From Phoronis australis (taxonomy: Eukaryota; Animalia; Phoronida), in NCBI GenBank assembly GCA_002633005.1, contig NMRA01000024.1, positions 1,207,903 through 1,271,902 on the forward strand: a stretch of DNA of 64,000 bases, read 5' to 3'. The notes under the pieces were generated by a model. That model had not been told where the DNA came from, searched no databases, and was given only the letters and a program-made list of their open reading frames with translations. Of the stretch, positions 24,450 through 37,900 are shown one piece after another (within the stretch, counting starts at the first letter, position 1; the number at the start of each line of letters is the position of its first letter). Both the position numbers and the translations under genes were made by a program.

Positions 24450-25510
24450 GGGTGGTTGATTTTTGGCTTGAAAAGCCTTGACAGCTCCAACAGTCAGTTC
24501 TTGAAGACTTAAAACCTAAAAATATGAACAGTATACTAAGCCAAAGATTTCAAAAACTTTGCATTAAGCCTATTGAAACTGATTCCTAAGTCAAATTTTC
24601 CATATCTTACGGCTATATCGGAAGTGCAGCCGGCTGCTTAAAAAGTGAATGAAAATACAAATCAGCAGTTTGTTCCCCAAAACCACCGTTTGTCTAAGAG
24701 ACAGTGCAACCATGCAGACTGTCAAAACTTTCGAAATTACTAAAATAAGGTGAAAAGTGGGTGTCGACCAGCCAGTATTTTTTACAAATCCAAAAGGGTA
24801 TATGAAATTTCCTGCTTAATTCCAACTTCCACTTGCAAACATCAAAAGTTAAAGAAAAGCCGCGACCTGAGCAAAAGTGGACCAAGGGATCAACAGCTAG
24901 CAAGATTTCACTCAGAACAGTCTCAAAAATCAAGCAAATGTCATTCGTAGCATTCACGTGCAGCACAAAGCTTAAAATTCCCAGCCAACCAAACACCCGC
25001 CAATTTGTAATGAAATTGAGGACGGCAAATTCAACCGTAACTCAAAATCTATTGGGGATGCAAATTCAACCACTTTGCCGGTAGTGTAAAAAATTACCCA
25101 ATCTGACAGAAAAAAGCTGAAACTTAAAACCTTGGTCCTCCTTAAGGTGTGCCACTTCGCAATACTTCACCTTCAGAATTAACTTTGGATTTGTAAAAAC
25201 TGTGGCTGGTCAACATCCTCTTTTATCCTGGTTTAGGCAGTCTAAATTCACTGTCTATCAGTTCGTAGTAATTGCATGCAAAGGCTTGGAGTGATAACTG
25301 CTGATTTAGTGTATTTTTAAAGTAGCCGGCAACACTTCTGATAGTCGTAGAAGATGGAAAATAGACTTTGGAATCAGTTTCAATTGACTTTATGCAAGGT
25401 CTTTAAAGTTCTTGGTTTAAAACACTGTTCATGTTTCAGGTTTTGTAAATCCTGTGAAACAGACTTTTGGAACTGCTAAGACCTGGTATTTCCAAGCCCC
25501 AAAACTGTGC
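24450..25510. mobile_element. Foldback/MITE-like element with ~330-350-bp imperfect inverted arms
   Basis: ~24450-24800 is the reverse complement of ~25183-25510 (attgaaactgattcc / ggaatcagtttcaat; tttttacaaatccaaa / tttggatttgtaaaaa). The right arm recurs at ~41195-41470. Confidence 0.75.
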
Positions 25511-26475
25511 CACCTGGAATGCCACCTTTGGGCACTTAATTGAAACAGTGCCTCTAGCGACTGCATCATTTACATGTGATGCATTCAACTATAAAGAGAC
25601 ATGACAAGCGAAATCTCGTCAAAATAATCCTGACAAAAGTACTATCTCGCAGTGTCTACTACTGAATTATTCGCTTTCCCCTTGGAGGGATTTCCAGAAA
25701 AGGAAAACTGTAGTAACAACCTAAAAGGTCACATTTTCCATACTAAAGGGAATATTCTACGTCTATGCTTTGCCATACATGTACCAAATAAGGAGATATA
25801 CTTTGCCTTATAAAAGAATAATCGACGGTGACGAGAACTTCACACATGATATTGTCATTTGCATTGAATACCCTCATCGGTCGACTTATTATCCAGACTC
25901 GGTATTCAGGTGAATAATTGAGCGTGGACGGTTTCCTTATCAATCAAGCAGCTAAATTTTATTTTGTCGGCGTAAACCCAGTTATAGTAAACCTAATTTT
26001 ACGATTCGTACACCGATTTTGGTTACTTTCTATGTTCTGTATATTTCTGTAATCCCACCATGACCCTGTGTCTCAAAGAATTTTATCAATACCCGAAATG
26101 CTTCGGAAGTGGTTCCTGGTAGTAAAGAACGAAGTACACCATTAATACTAAGATGAGGCCGTGAAATATTTTCGTGACGGTCAGTGGCCAGCATTGTTCT
26201 GTTTCAAAATGAATTAATCTCACTCTAACCAATGTTCATATAAAACTGAAACAAAGTGTCAAAGTCTGTCTCAGTAGAGACAATTTGTAATTCCTTAGGA
26301 GTTTTGAGAAATCAACAATAAATACATCGTATACTACGTTACCGGCTTCAGATGCAATAAAACTAACTGACCGCCGTGTGAGAGCATGCTTATTCAGTGT
26401 TTGATGACAGAAAGCTGTTGTAAAACTACAACTCGATTTTACATGTAATGGTCAGATGCTAAAGGAATTGTTTAG

Positions 26476-26488
26476 ATATATGTATGTA

Positions 26489-26541
<53 letters not shown>

Positions 26542-26726
26542 ATGCGTGTGTGTGTGTTTATGTGTATGCATGTCTGTGTGTGTGTATGTATGTATGTACG
26601 TATGTATATGTGAGTATATATGTGTATGTATGTATGTGTGTATGTATGTATGTGTGTATGTATGTATGTGTGTATGTATGTATATATGCATATATGTATG
26701 CATGCATGCATGCATGTATGTATGTA

Positions 26727-26766
<40 letters not shown>

Positions 26767-26810
26767 TGTGTGTATGTATGTATGTATGTATTTATATGTA
26801 TGTATGTATA
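26476..26810. repeat. Compound (TG)n/(TATG)n microsatellite
   Basis: Direct reading; absent from the paralogous region near 43450. Confidence 0.95.
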
Positions 26811-27559
26811 CATTGATATTGTGCACCTTTTCCCTGTATGGTTTTGTGGAAGGTGAACCTGGCTTCGCATCCCTCGACGAGTAAGAAGATTTATAATTTT
26901 GAGACGAATTCACCAAAATATTCACGTGCACATTATTTCTTTAATTCAATAGTATGGTCGTTTCATGACTGGAACTTTAGTTTTCAACTTTAGCCTCCGA
27001 ATAACCCTGTTGGTTTATGTTCGTAATGTCTCTAGTCCGGCCGTGACGGGCCTGATCGGGTTCCGAGTCAGTGCACACGGGAAACTAACACGTACATATC
27101 GGTACATAGGCGTATCCATTGTTCACTTAGCTTTTCTTTCTTATAATAAAGATAATGGTAAGCATTTATCGGCGCCTCAAGTAGGACATCCGTGTGACCT
27201 GTATTGTTATATCCACCAATAAAGCAACAAAGGAAAACAATGGTAGCGATAACCATGCTACAGGCTTACGCCCGTCGCATTATCTGGCAAGTTAAGCAAT
27301 AGCTTGCGAAATCCACGCGACATCATTTGGCATGGAAACAAGCGTTTTGTGTTTAGAACTAAAAAGGTACACGTTCTCAAAAATTCGAGACTCCCTATAT
27401 TTTAGGCTGGGTGGGCGCGTGGAACAGACTCCAAGCTTCCAGCGACAGATCTCGGTAAGGTGGCCTACGAACTTTGCAGGCTACGGAACATTCAAAACTT
27501 CTCTAAATCCGTAACGGCAAAATAAAACATCTCATTTGTTTTACATCGAATTTTGATAA

Positions 27560-27690
27560 TTTATTGGTGTAAAACGATGAATTCAAGCGATAAGCTGACA
27601 CCGTCTTGTGAACTACTGAGAGACCAAGTTAGAACCTGTGACGTCATTGATTAATTGCAGCACCTCCGTCTGCCGTCTGGTGTCAGGTAA
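27560..27690 (+). promoter_or_regulatory. Putative promoter/non-coding first exon of SLC52 copy A
   Basis: CRE palindrome TGACGTCA at 27639-27646 and a CAG|GTAAAA donor at ~27686. The block is conserved in front of copy B (~43910-44050) and, inverted, in front of the pseudogene (~41990-42140, TGACGTCA plus CCAAT at 42012-42023). Confidence 0.45.
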
Positions 27691-28259
27691 AAGTACTGAA
27701 GTTGCTGTTATCGAGTGGAACTACCCTATTATCTAAATTGAAACAAAGTACGTTGTTTTTTGATGGCATTCTCCTTTAACTGATGCACGGGAACTCATCT
27801 CACGGAAATAGACGGGAATAGTCGATGATTTTCTGATTTCGGCCGAGGTACAACATTGTGCTCAAAAGGCATTTAGTTTGATAACAGAAAGAAAGTAAAT
27901 ATTATGCCATGTTATCTATTACTAAATTCGGTATATATTTGAACTAGATTACCCTTTGAGATAAGGACTTAAAGTGAAACAGCGTACCAATTTGTCTTGT
28001 GAACTACGATAGTTTTTTTACACAGAGTTGCATACTTAATTTTCTAAACACTCTCAATTCCACACCAAACTCGTAATTTGGGACGTCCGTTTTCTGTTGG
28101 GTATTATGCGATGGTTGGACTTGAATATTGCGCTTTTCCATCTGTTGTCATTTTGCCTCCCCGCGTACGTAAACGAGTAACCCGCATCGCGATGCCTCAC
28201 TTAAATACGAGTTATTTGAGCAAGAGAAATCAGATCATTAGCGAAAGAAGAAATCTGCC

Positions 28260-29530
28260 ATGTATCAACCACAACGCTACGATTTGCTGTCCATTAGTAT
28301 CGTGATTGGATTCGGAACGTTCTTAATACCAGATGCAATTCTGGCCGAGTTGCCAATTCTTGTTCAAAGACTGCCGGAGTACTGGACTCTTCCAACGTTT
28401 CTCAGTATGGAGTCAGCGATTATGACAGGTATAACTGCGCTCTATTTTCTTGTTGTGAAATGTACAAAGGGTGCGGAACTTGAAAACAGAAAGAGGCCGC
28501 TGGCTTTGGTCATTCTGCAAATTGCGAAGATAATATTTTTGGTGGTTCTTATCATGTTCTGGAATACAACGACTGTCATTAATGGGAAGGAGTATAGTAT
28601 TGTTCTCCAAGCTATTTACACAATATTGATTCTTTTTCGATCATTTGAATATATTTGGGGATTGACTTATGTCGGCACACTGCCAGCGAAGAGGTGTGTC
28701 CCCGGGTATTATTTTGGAGTGAGTCTTGGGAGCACATTGTTCGGGTGTATTTCTCTCTTGCAAGGTAGTGGTGAAGCGGACTGTGCTTACAAACATGGAA
28801 ACACTACTTTCACGAATATGGAAATGTTTGACCATGGGAATAATTCTGAAAGAAACTGGATCTCGTCCACTACAAACAGTTCTCTGGAAGCTGTGCACTC
28901 AGGACTACCGATTGCAGTTGAAACATACTTTGTAATAGTTTCGGGTTGCGTTGCATTTTGTGTGATTTGTCTCCTTGTTCACATTTTTCTCACTGATTAT
29001 TGCTCAACGTCATCTCCTTTTGGAGAAGGCAGTGAAATAGTCAGTGAAGCTGTCGTCGATGGAAACGATGAGGAAATGTCATCAGAAGTAGATTGCACCG
29101 TGAAGCTGCTCGACACTGACTCTGGGGACTCAAGCGTCACAGACATGGATGAAAAAACTACGATGCTTGGAGATTCGTCAAAAGAGACGCAAAAACACGT
29201 AGACAGTGCCGGGTATCACGCAGATCCATCTTGCTTATTTCGTACATATTTGTGACAAAAGGTCTGAGCAGCGGTGTGGCACGGTCCTTGATGACGTACG
29301 CGACACTACCTTATGGCACTTTAGCCTACAGCATAACCCGGCGAGTTTCTGACATTGTGGGTCCAATCGGCAATTTGGCTTACGCTTTCTTGCCCGTGAA
29401 ATCCATGAGATCTCTGACACTAGCATTTGGCGCTTTTCTGGTGCTCTCTCTCTACACGTGCGTGACAGCCAGCATGAGTCCAACGCCACCTTTTGTAGTC
29501 ACCCACCCTGCCGTCGGTAGCAGTATAGCC
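28260..29530 (+). CDS. SLC52/riboflavin-transporter-family protein, copy A, large first coding exon (1-nt frameshift at ~29213; possibly a pseudogene)
   Basis: ELPILVQRLPEYWTLPTFL (cf. ELPxxVxxLPEGWxLPSY), FWNTTT, LLQGSG..C, LPYG, SPTPP are SLC52 hallmarks. ORFs 28260-29255 and 29231-29548 join if one T is restored (GGGTATCA versus GGGTTATCA in copy B). Donor GCC|gtgagt at 29530. Confidence 0.85.
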
Positions 29531-32500
29531 GTGAGTATGAAGTCTTAAAAAATAAGTTTTGGGGCCATTCTAAATCGTTTAAATTGAAAACTAAATGGAA
29601 AGTATTGTTTTAAAATCTTTGTTAAGTCAGGAGTGTGTCAAAAATTGCACATTGCTACTTTTCGTTGAAGATGAGATACGTTTGTTTCGTACAGCGTATA
29701 CAAACCGTAATATCAATTAATGCGTCGCACTTTACAAGGAGAAAGTGGTAGATTTGCGCACACAGCCAATTTGTGCATACTTCAGTGGATATGGAATTGA
29801 GTGGAGGTAATTTTCGATAATTGTTTTGAATTCAGACACATAATGCAAAACATACCTCTACTCTTGACATTTTTATTTTGAACGTTTTGTATCTTACGTG
29901 CATCAAAAAATTGTGAGCCCAATCGGACGGGTACGAATTTTATTTACACTTGTTGAAGCATAAGGTCTCGCCTAAGTTCATAAGTTCTGTTGCTCCCTAG
30001 AGTGTTTTCTCATGCCTGTGGTACATTGACTTACTCAAGGATTGCAATATATTTACGTACATGTTTGATATAATTGAAAGGTTCAAAAACTACCAATCTG
30101 GCTTAGGCTATAGTGGAGAATTTAAAACAGGTTTGGCCTTCGTCACATGAAAAAAGTAATTGTTTGTTGTTTACCTTCACTACTTACTTAAATATTGACG
30201 TCATCTGTCTACAAAAGTTTTACAAAATTCTTTGTTAAGGAAGTCCTGTTCATCGCAAAATGACATGTCTTCTACTGCTATCTAGTTCTGGGGTTACTCC
30301 CACAGAGGAATTGATGACTGACTACGAGTTTCTCTATTAATGGGTGCATTTTCTGACAAATTTCGCTGCGAAAGCAAAACGGTTCAGGTTTGGGGCTCTG
30401 AACTCTATAAAAGGGTCACCCCTTTTTATACACAAGCGACAAATCTGTGGAAGGGTTTTCAATGTTATTTATATTGACTTTGTTACAAGTGAAGTACTTA
30501 TAACATGACATCTCAGGCTTAATTAAAGATTTAATTTGGTCTTATGTCCCTATACTACTTCACAACTGCAGCTTATCCAAGTAATTTAGTGGATCGTCAC
30601 AGCCTAGCAATGATTCGTAAAATTACCTCAGTATTTAGAAGTTAGGCATATACTGTCAGAGAATTTTTATCGAGTAAGATTTACTTATTTTCAGAAAAAA
30701 AGACTGATGCTAAGCCGGTCGCCCTCTGTGAGCGATCAGCTTAATGATTCCGCTAGAAAATATCTGATGTTACGCCGTTGGTCGTTGGATTTTGCATGGG
30801 CGTGGCAATTTTCGGGGGGCTACTGAAAAAAAAAGCAAATCGCGTATCTCCGCCAAACTTTCAGAATGCCAACGCCGCGGAATCCTATTGATTTCCACCG
30901 GGTCAGTCTGTTCCGGACAGGCTTCGATACATAACAAAAGGGTTGAAAAATTCTTAAGTACGTAAGTAATGACGTAGTAGTTCATTAAGGAGCTGAGCAA
31001 AGAAGTAGATTTTACATTGCAAGCTATGGGACTTAGCACTAAAATGAAGATTTCTCTCAACATTGCGAGAAATGGAGAAACGGTGCTTCATCATGAATTT
31101 ATCCGATCAATGTTTGAGTATTGGTTGCTTGTTCGGACACGGATTCTGTCAAAATATTCACAAAGTTAGCTTTCCACCCTTCGGGCACTCAAGCAGCTGA
31201 AGGGGAATCAAACTTGTGTCAGCTGTATGAATACCGACACTAGGACGGTACTGACTTTTATTGTGTCTGATCACTTGTTTTCAAATTGAATCAAGAATAG
31301 ATTGCAACTCTCTAACTATGTCATTACCATGTTCATAAAATTTATAGTGTTCTGAGGTCAAGAACTATAAAACATAAAAATTAACAGTATGTTGTAGTAT
31401 TAAATAGAAGCTTAATTTGCACTGCTTCTTGCATTGTATTATGTAAATGCTATTAAAGTGGAAAAGTTCAAGGAACATCACTTTATATCGATATGTAAAT
31501 TTTAGGCCACATCACCTGACCTAATGAATATAAACCTGAAAAAAATTCTCGGGATGGTCTGGGGGAGAAATATTTCAGATAGAAGAAAACGAAATTTGCT
31601 GGCATGACGGGATTCATTTCCGCTTACGGCAAAACTATATTAACCAGTAACCGGAACTGGAATTTGGTCATCGCATTGCACGGAACATTTTCGGTGTGCG
31701 TGTGAATATTAGAGGTGCAAATCTAAGGAATTGTACCACGGGTTTGGTGTCTGGTGGACTGGGGATATCTTAGTTGGAATATAACGTGTAATCGTGGAAT
31801 TATTTCCGCCCAGGGCAGAGTAATAGCCACGATTTTACCCGTTACACATTCGCGCCTCCGAACTGCCAAATGGAATGTGGGAGAATTTTAGGTGGGCCAA
31901 ATTCTGTAATTAATTGTATCTACCACGCTTTGTACTAACGGGAGCATTCAGAAGTAAATGATGACGACCTTTATGTACATAAATTATCCAAACTTATGAT
32001 GTAATGGCCACGGAAACATCTGTGCAAATACGTGTATCGACATTTATTAACCCCATGACATAGTTATGAGCAGAAACACAATTTTAAATACTGGTGGCTG
32101 TATGAATTACGCTAATTTTTCATGCAAGCTGATTTTATTAAATTAACTGACCATAGAAACATGAGTACAAATGAAGCCAGATGTTGTAAACGGCTAATTT
32201 GGATGACATACTTTCAAAAAGTGAGCCCAATAAAAGGTCAAATACGAGTGACAGTCCATTTTCCTTATCTGGACTCTTCTCTCATGACGAGTTGACATCG
32301 CAGAGAATTTCAACTTAATTCTAATTTGTCTGTTGTCACTTATTCATTGTGTTTAATTACGTTCTCCCTTGTAGTTTTTTTTAATAAATAATTGCTCATT
32401 CAAGCAGTTAATTCCGATGTTACACTTTTTGTTGATACATACAATTTTGGTACCAAACGTGAATGTTTGCAGTGAAAGGTAAATAGTCTCATAAATTATC

Positions 32501-33399
32501 CATACTGTCGTACTGGCAACTGCATACATCCTGTTAAAAGCTTGGCATTTCGAAGCAATGGTTAGCACACCTTCAAAAATGGAAGCTATTGTCGGTAAGT
32601 CTAACTTTCTGAAAGTAACGAATCTTTGACTCTTAAAAACTATGTCACACGTACGTGTACCTTGCTTATAGTTGCCGCATCATCATAACATGTATGACGC
32701 ACGAAATCATATATGCCAATTCAAATTTTGTTGAAACAAAAAAGAACGACTTAAGCCCATCTCACACGTATCTTGCTTACATCTACCGCCAAATTCTATA
32801 CGTACTTTGAACTAAACAATACGCAACACAGCAAATCAACTTATACATTACACAAGCTTGCCTACTCAATTAAAATACAATTTCAACAGTTCAGCAGTCT
32901 GTTCGGTGCCTACACATGGGTTCCTGAGCCACTGCAAAGGCCAACACACTATCAAACTTGAGATCAACAGTGTAGTGATCTAAGAACCATAGATTTTAGA
33001 CAATATTGTAAACGCATTAGCAATGAGTCTCTGAAAACTGGCTCAGGCGTATCTAGTTTACCCCCATTTCTGTCAAACCCAGAAAGAACTTTTAAACCAT
33101 AGAGTTGCAAGGTAAAATCGCGAGTTCCGAGGTTCAACATCACCTCACTAACCAAATATAGGGTCTGCGCGCCTCGGGATAATGGCTGATGGAGCCAAAA
33201 TGAGTTAGCCGTGTCCATCTGTATTGTGTGCCGAGACAATTGACCAGTGATTGTTATTCCGTAGCAAGCATCTGTTGGAGGCATGACAGATATAAAACAT
33301 CTTGGGATTCATACGAAATCATTTAACTGTTTAAATATCCGTTCCGCCTGTCGCTGTCCCTGTCACGAAACATCGCAGAAGTCATAAACACATCAATTG

Positions 33400-33700
33400 A
33401 GTAACTAAATCTATCTATAGAGATAGCAAGTCTATCAATAAAGTTACTAAGTCTATATATCGATATAGTAAGTAAGTCCATCGATAGAGTTAGTAAGTCT
33501 ATCAATAGAGTTAGTAAGTCTATCGATAGAGTTAGTAAATTTATCGATAGAGTTAGTAAGTCCATCGAAAGATTTTAAGTCTAGAGATAGAGTTAATAAT
33601 GCTATTGATAGCGATAGTAAGTCTATCGATAGAGTAACTAAGCCAATTGATATGTTAGTAAGTTTATCGATAGAGTTAATAAGTCTATCGATAGAGCTAT
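33400..33700. repeat. ~21-bp minisatellite (TCGATAGAGTTAGTAAGTCTA)n
   Basis: About 13 degenerate head-to-tail units with no unique spacers. Confidence 0.9.
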
Positions 33701-34374
33701 CAACGGAGAAAAATGTTGCTGTGCCGTCCTTTTACGGCCACCGTATCAAACTGCTCAAAAGGAAATTGGCAGATATTTTCCTCCGGATCACAGCACGACT
33801 GGTGGACAGGTATGACTACTAGCAGCAATTTTGTATCTCCTGAACCCGTTACAGGATCTGTGTGAATTAGTAAAACGAGTGTCCTGTTATGAACGTGGTA
33901 TCAGATAAGCGGTTTGAGACGGATCCGAATAGCACTCTAGTTTCTTACGTTTGTTTCGTTATATTCGGAGTTCCGTGACGGATTTTCATGAAACTTGGCA
34001 ACTGTGTTTGTATTATGGAAACTACAAGGCTTGTCTATTTTCAGAAGGGTTCGACATAGTCTGCACCACCTGGTGGCTCTTTTGATAACAATAAGCATCA
34101 TTACAAACATGCCGTTTGTGATGTAGCCGTGCGCACATCTCCGCGCTCTTGTGTGCATACTAGCTAAAGCCAATTTGAAACACAGTCCTCTGTTTCAGAC
34201 ATTTGTCAAGATCAGCATAAGATTCTCTATTTCTAAGTCAAAACTATATCTGGTTAGTGGTTAGCCAAAATGCAAGGTATGCATTCAATATACTTGTAGT
34301 TATTTCTAATGATTCTCTCAAGTACTTGTTGTATGCTTTCAGAGTGTATATGATGTGATTTTCCACATTTGTAG

Positions 34375-34569
34375 ATATCCACAGTTATTGGGACGACACT
34401 TGTGATGAATTACTTGCGTTCTGGATTGGCGACGGTCGCAGCTTTAGAAGGGCCAAAAACATTGACCTATTTCAGCATGGCGAACGAAGTTTCTTTTTTA
34501 GTGTTCATGACACCCACATTCCTGTGTGTGAACGTTTTCCATCTTCTGACTGACATTCCCCAGTGTTGA
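34375..34569 (+). CDS. SLC52 copy A terminal coding exon
   Basis: tttgtag|ATA, phase 0; ISTVIGTTLVMNYLRSGLATVAALEGPKTLTYFSMANEVSFLVFMTPTFLCVNVFHLLTDIPQC*, resembling the last two TM helices of SLC52A3 (SYVK..., FPLVNVLRLF...C). Confidence 0.82.
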   Translation: MSTVIGTTLVMNYLRSGLATVAALEGPKTLTYFSMANEVSFLVFMTPTFLCVNVFHLLTDIPQC

Positions 34570-35164
34570 GACATCTGACTGTATGTTTTCCTTGGCAATC
34601 TAAACCATGTGTGCTGCATCTTGGAGAAGCACAGTCCTCCAGAATCTTAGTGCCTTAATGGCAGAATTCATTCCAAGTTCGAGACGAAGGAACAATGTGA
34701 GCGAAAGTTATAACTATTTCAATTGCGTGTGATAACGAGCACCTTTTCATTACATGCCATCATAGGCGGATGAAGGGGCTAGCAGGGTGAGCGTCCTCTC
34801 CCTCACACGCGACGACAGGAGGGGATAGCGGCAGCTTTCTCCAGCGAAACGAGAACAAGGGAGGCTTTGAGTTCAGTAATCTAGTGCCCTCCCAGCATGT
34901 GCCGATCGAATCTATCAATTTTGGTGAGAAATTCAGTTGAACGCCAGCCTATGGGCATATGAATAACAAAAATGTTCCTGTGCTTCGAAACAGAACAATA
35001 TCCACTGTAGGTTGAAATAAATGAAATATAATAAACATGTCATTAAAAACAACTTTCCGGGACTACCGCTAGACTAGTGCTGGGACAAAGAAGATGCCGA
35101 GTGAAACCCCTGAGCCAAAATCAGATAGGCCTACAGTATAGCCTCTAAACTGAAAAGTACGTAT

Positions 35165-35618
35165 CTTGGAATAAATATATTTGTGTTTAAACTTCGAGTA
35201 ATCCAGCAACATTGTTAAGTTTAGCTGCTCCCGTGTGTCGTGTGGCCGTCCACAGTTTGATCCATCATTTACACAATCGACAACAGTTTTCGGCTTAGGG
35301 AATGCCCAAAAATGACGGGATATTCTTCTTGAGCTGTATAACGGCTGTCACACCTACACACGCCATATCAACACCGTTTCAACATACTTATCGCACAATT
35401 TTTTAGCTATAGACTAAAATAAGCTTTACCAACAACGACACTGTTTGTCGGGTAAAATGGCGGCTTGGAAACGCAGACGAAGGTGTGTCAAGAATGCTGC
35501 GTTCTGATTGGTTAGTTAAGTCGTCAGTCGTAGGCCTGGCGATATGCCAATTGTGCAAGACGTCAACGTGAAGTAGTCCGCTGATCCGACCAAGTACTAC
35601 TTGTCTGAAAGGGTCTAT
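35165..35618 (-). mobile_element. 5' remnant of a THAP-encoding DNA transposon (ISL2EU/Harbinger-like)
   Basis: Minus strand from ATG 35385: MLKRC*YGVCRCDSRY...HFWAFPKPKT..C..WIKL..GRPH...KHKYI.SK, a decayed THAP finger. Upstream GCCGCCATTTT and CCAATCAG, and a TIR-like ATAGACCCTTTCAGAC ending at 35618. Confidence 0.6.
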
Positions 35619-37359
35619 GTCCGAAGTTTTTGTAGTCCTAAGGTACTATAGTCTGTTCTATAGAGCCTTCAGACAATCTAAAGCAACTGGTTATGCCAAT
35701 GACCTAAGGGAAAACACTCACATGATCAAATGCTAAGAACCTTCGGACTATAGAGACGTCTACGTATTTATGATTTTCTGACTATCGAACCTTCGGATTT
35801 TTGAAACCTAATTCGGACTATAGAAACGCCTCCATCTGAATAACGTGGTGGTCGTGTTAACGCTGCAGTACTTCAAAGATTTCCAATGGGGAGGATTCGC
35901 TCACGTCTTTTGTAAACCTTGAGGTGTCTGGATTTCAGATCGTTTAGGGGGCTTTCATAATTATTGCCTTTTTCACGAGCGCACAAACCATACAGTTGAG
36001 AGGGACGGGTACTAAAGCAAGCTTGCAGTTTTTAAACTGTTAAAACAAATACATGAGAATAATCTTTATAGAAGTATGGCCATTTTTGAAAGCTTTCATA
36101 GGAAAGCGGAGTTGGGAAAAGCATACGTTTTGTACGCTCATGAAAATAGCGATAATGATTGAACGATATCTTACCATTATCACTCGACATAAACAGCAAA
36201 CGCTATGAGCTGGGTTCAATATGCATTTTTCTGCTTAGACTCAATTGTTTTGCACAACATGTAATCCAATTCTTTCAAGCACAAACCTTGGATAGTAATG
36301 GTATTGTAATAGACTGTCTGCAGGTACCTGGATAATTTGTGTTAACGTAATTTTCTTGCCACGAGATCTGTCATGTAAACAATGAATATTAAATTACCAC
36401 CACGACAACTCGTCATCCCTATATTAAAATTGCTGAAATATCCCTTTTCTTCAAACGATCTGCAGATGAGTTTCACATCTGTAGTTCACCTAACAAAACA
36501 CGACTTTCGGCAGTTTTAATTTTGTTCCGACTGGTCTCAGATTGTCAATACTTTTGAAAATCCCTTTTGAAAAATAAAGCAAAATACTAGACTGGTTTTT
36601 AATATATACAAAATATTACATTAACATTACAAAAATTGAAAGATATTAACTTAAATTTAAATGTTTTTATAAATCCCTGAAAATTTTATTTTAAAACTCA
36701 TTAATCTTAGACCTGTAGAACAACAAGAACACTGGACACCGTGGGAGGCTATTTTTGCTCAGTTACGTTTTCACTCGTTTATATGTGTACATGGATTAAG
36801 TAACTCGACTGGGGGCACCTGCAGGGGGTACATGGTGTATGAATGTGATTCATTTACTTACACTGACAATACTGTTGATACGCAATATTGTGTTTGATTA
36901 ATAAATGGTAAAAATGAAAGACTAAAATGTATTTAAAGTTATGGGCATATTGTTTGTCAAAATACTAAGAAAGTAGAAATATCTGTTTCTAGGTTTTTAA
37001 CCCTCAGAGGCCCACGGGGTCATTCTATATTAATGGAAAAAGACATCTTATTTTTAACAAGTCATTTTAACAAAAAAGGTACAGTATATTTAAAATGGAA
37101 ACGGAGAAAATGTCATTCTACCGGAATTCAAATAAAACACAACTTTAATCATACAGGCAACAGTGCTCATAATTTTTTTAAAACTACGCTGTTTCATAAC
37201 AGTTTTTCCAAAAGTCTAATTTCCTGAAGAATTTTACATAAAGTTTACCAGATTTTTTTCGAAGTATCGAAAATTTTCTGAGTTCTGTTGGGTACCTGAT
37301 TGAGTTTTTTCTGACATCACCTCCATCAAAACATACGTTCCTCTCACATATGTACGTTT

Positions 37360-37900
37360 CTATACCTCATCAAAATCGTCATCATCATCATCATCATCAT
37401 CATTATCATCTAAACCAATGTCAGTGGTGCTTCTGTTACTGGACTTAGAACATCTACACATCTCAGAGGACGGCAGATTTAAGACGAAACAGGATGGCGG
37501 TTTTACTGAGCATACCACTGATTTGATGATCACTCGGCAGTGACTCTGAAGACATCCAAATAACGAATACAGTGTCACCAACTTTCCAACCATGATCATC
37601 TGGAGAAAGAGCATCCATGATTGGAGTGAGAGACAAGCGATGGATTCCAGCTTGGTAAATGCACCTTTTTATGTGATGCAATAATGAATCCTGTACAGGT
37701 GGTAAGTTTTGATCTGACGAAGGTAAAACACAAAAAGTGTTTAACCTCGGTTCATTTACACTGGGGCTATTCTGATTATACAACTTGCAAACAAGTAATT
37801 CCAGAGCAGGAAGGAAACTTTCAGACAACTGGAATTCAGCATCGAGCTCTTGGAAGGGTCTCAAAAAAACTGAGTCCGAAAAACCCTGGAACTGCTAAGT
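37360..37900 (-). mobile_element. Academ(X)-type DNA transposon fragment (XPG-like region, Cys-rich finger, acidic tail)
   Basis: LELLVCKLY...VNEPR...LPPVQDSLLHHIKRCIYQA...SPDDHGW...W, then a frameshifted C..C...CRC and poly-D tail; this is the typical C-terminus of Academ XPG/Cys8 proteins. Confidence 0.7.

Noticed and set aside
26452-26931. Five overlapping ORFs rich in C/V/Y/M or H/T
   Set aside because: Translation artefacts of the TG/TATG microsatellite.
32750-33290. Possible DIRS-type tyrosine recombinase remnant on the minus strand
   Set aside because: Only a faint LG.R..K...RYV resemblance; catalytic motifs are not recoverable without a profile search.
33400-33700. CRISPR-like array
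   Set aside because: Head-to-tail 21-bp units without unique spacers, eukaryotic context, no cas genes.
36996-37020. piggyBac-like terminus TTAACCCTCAGAGG
   Set aside because: No matching opposite end was found.
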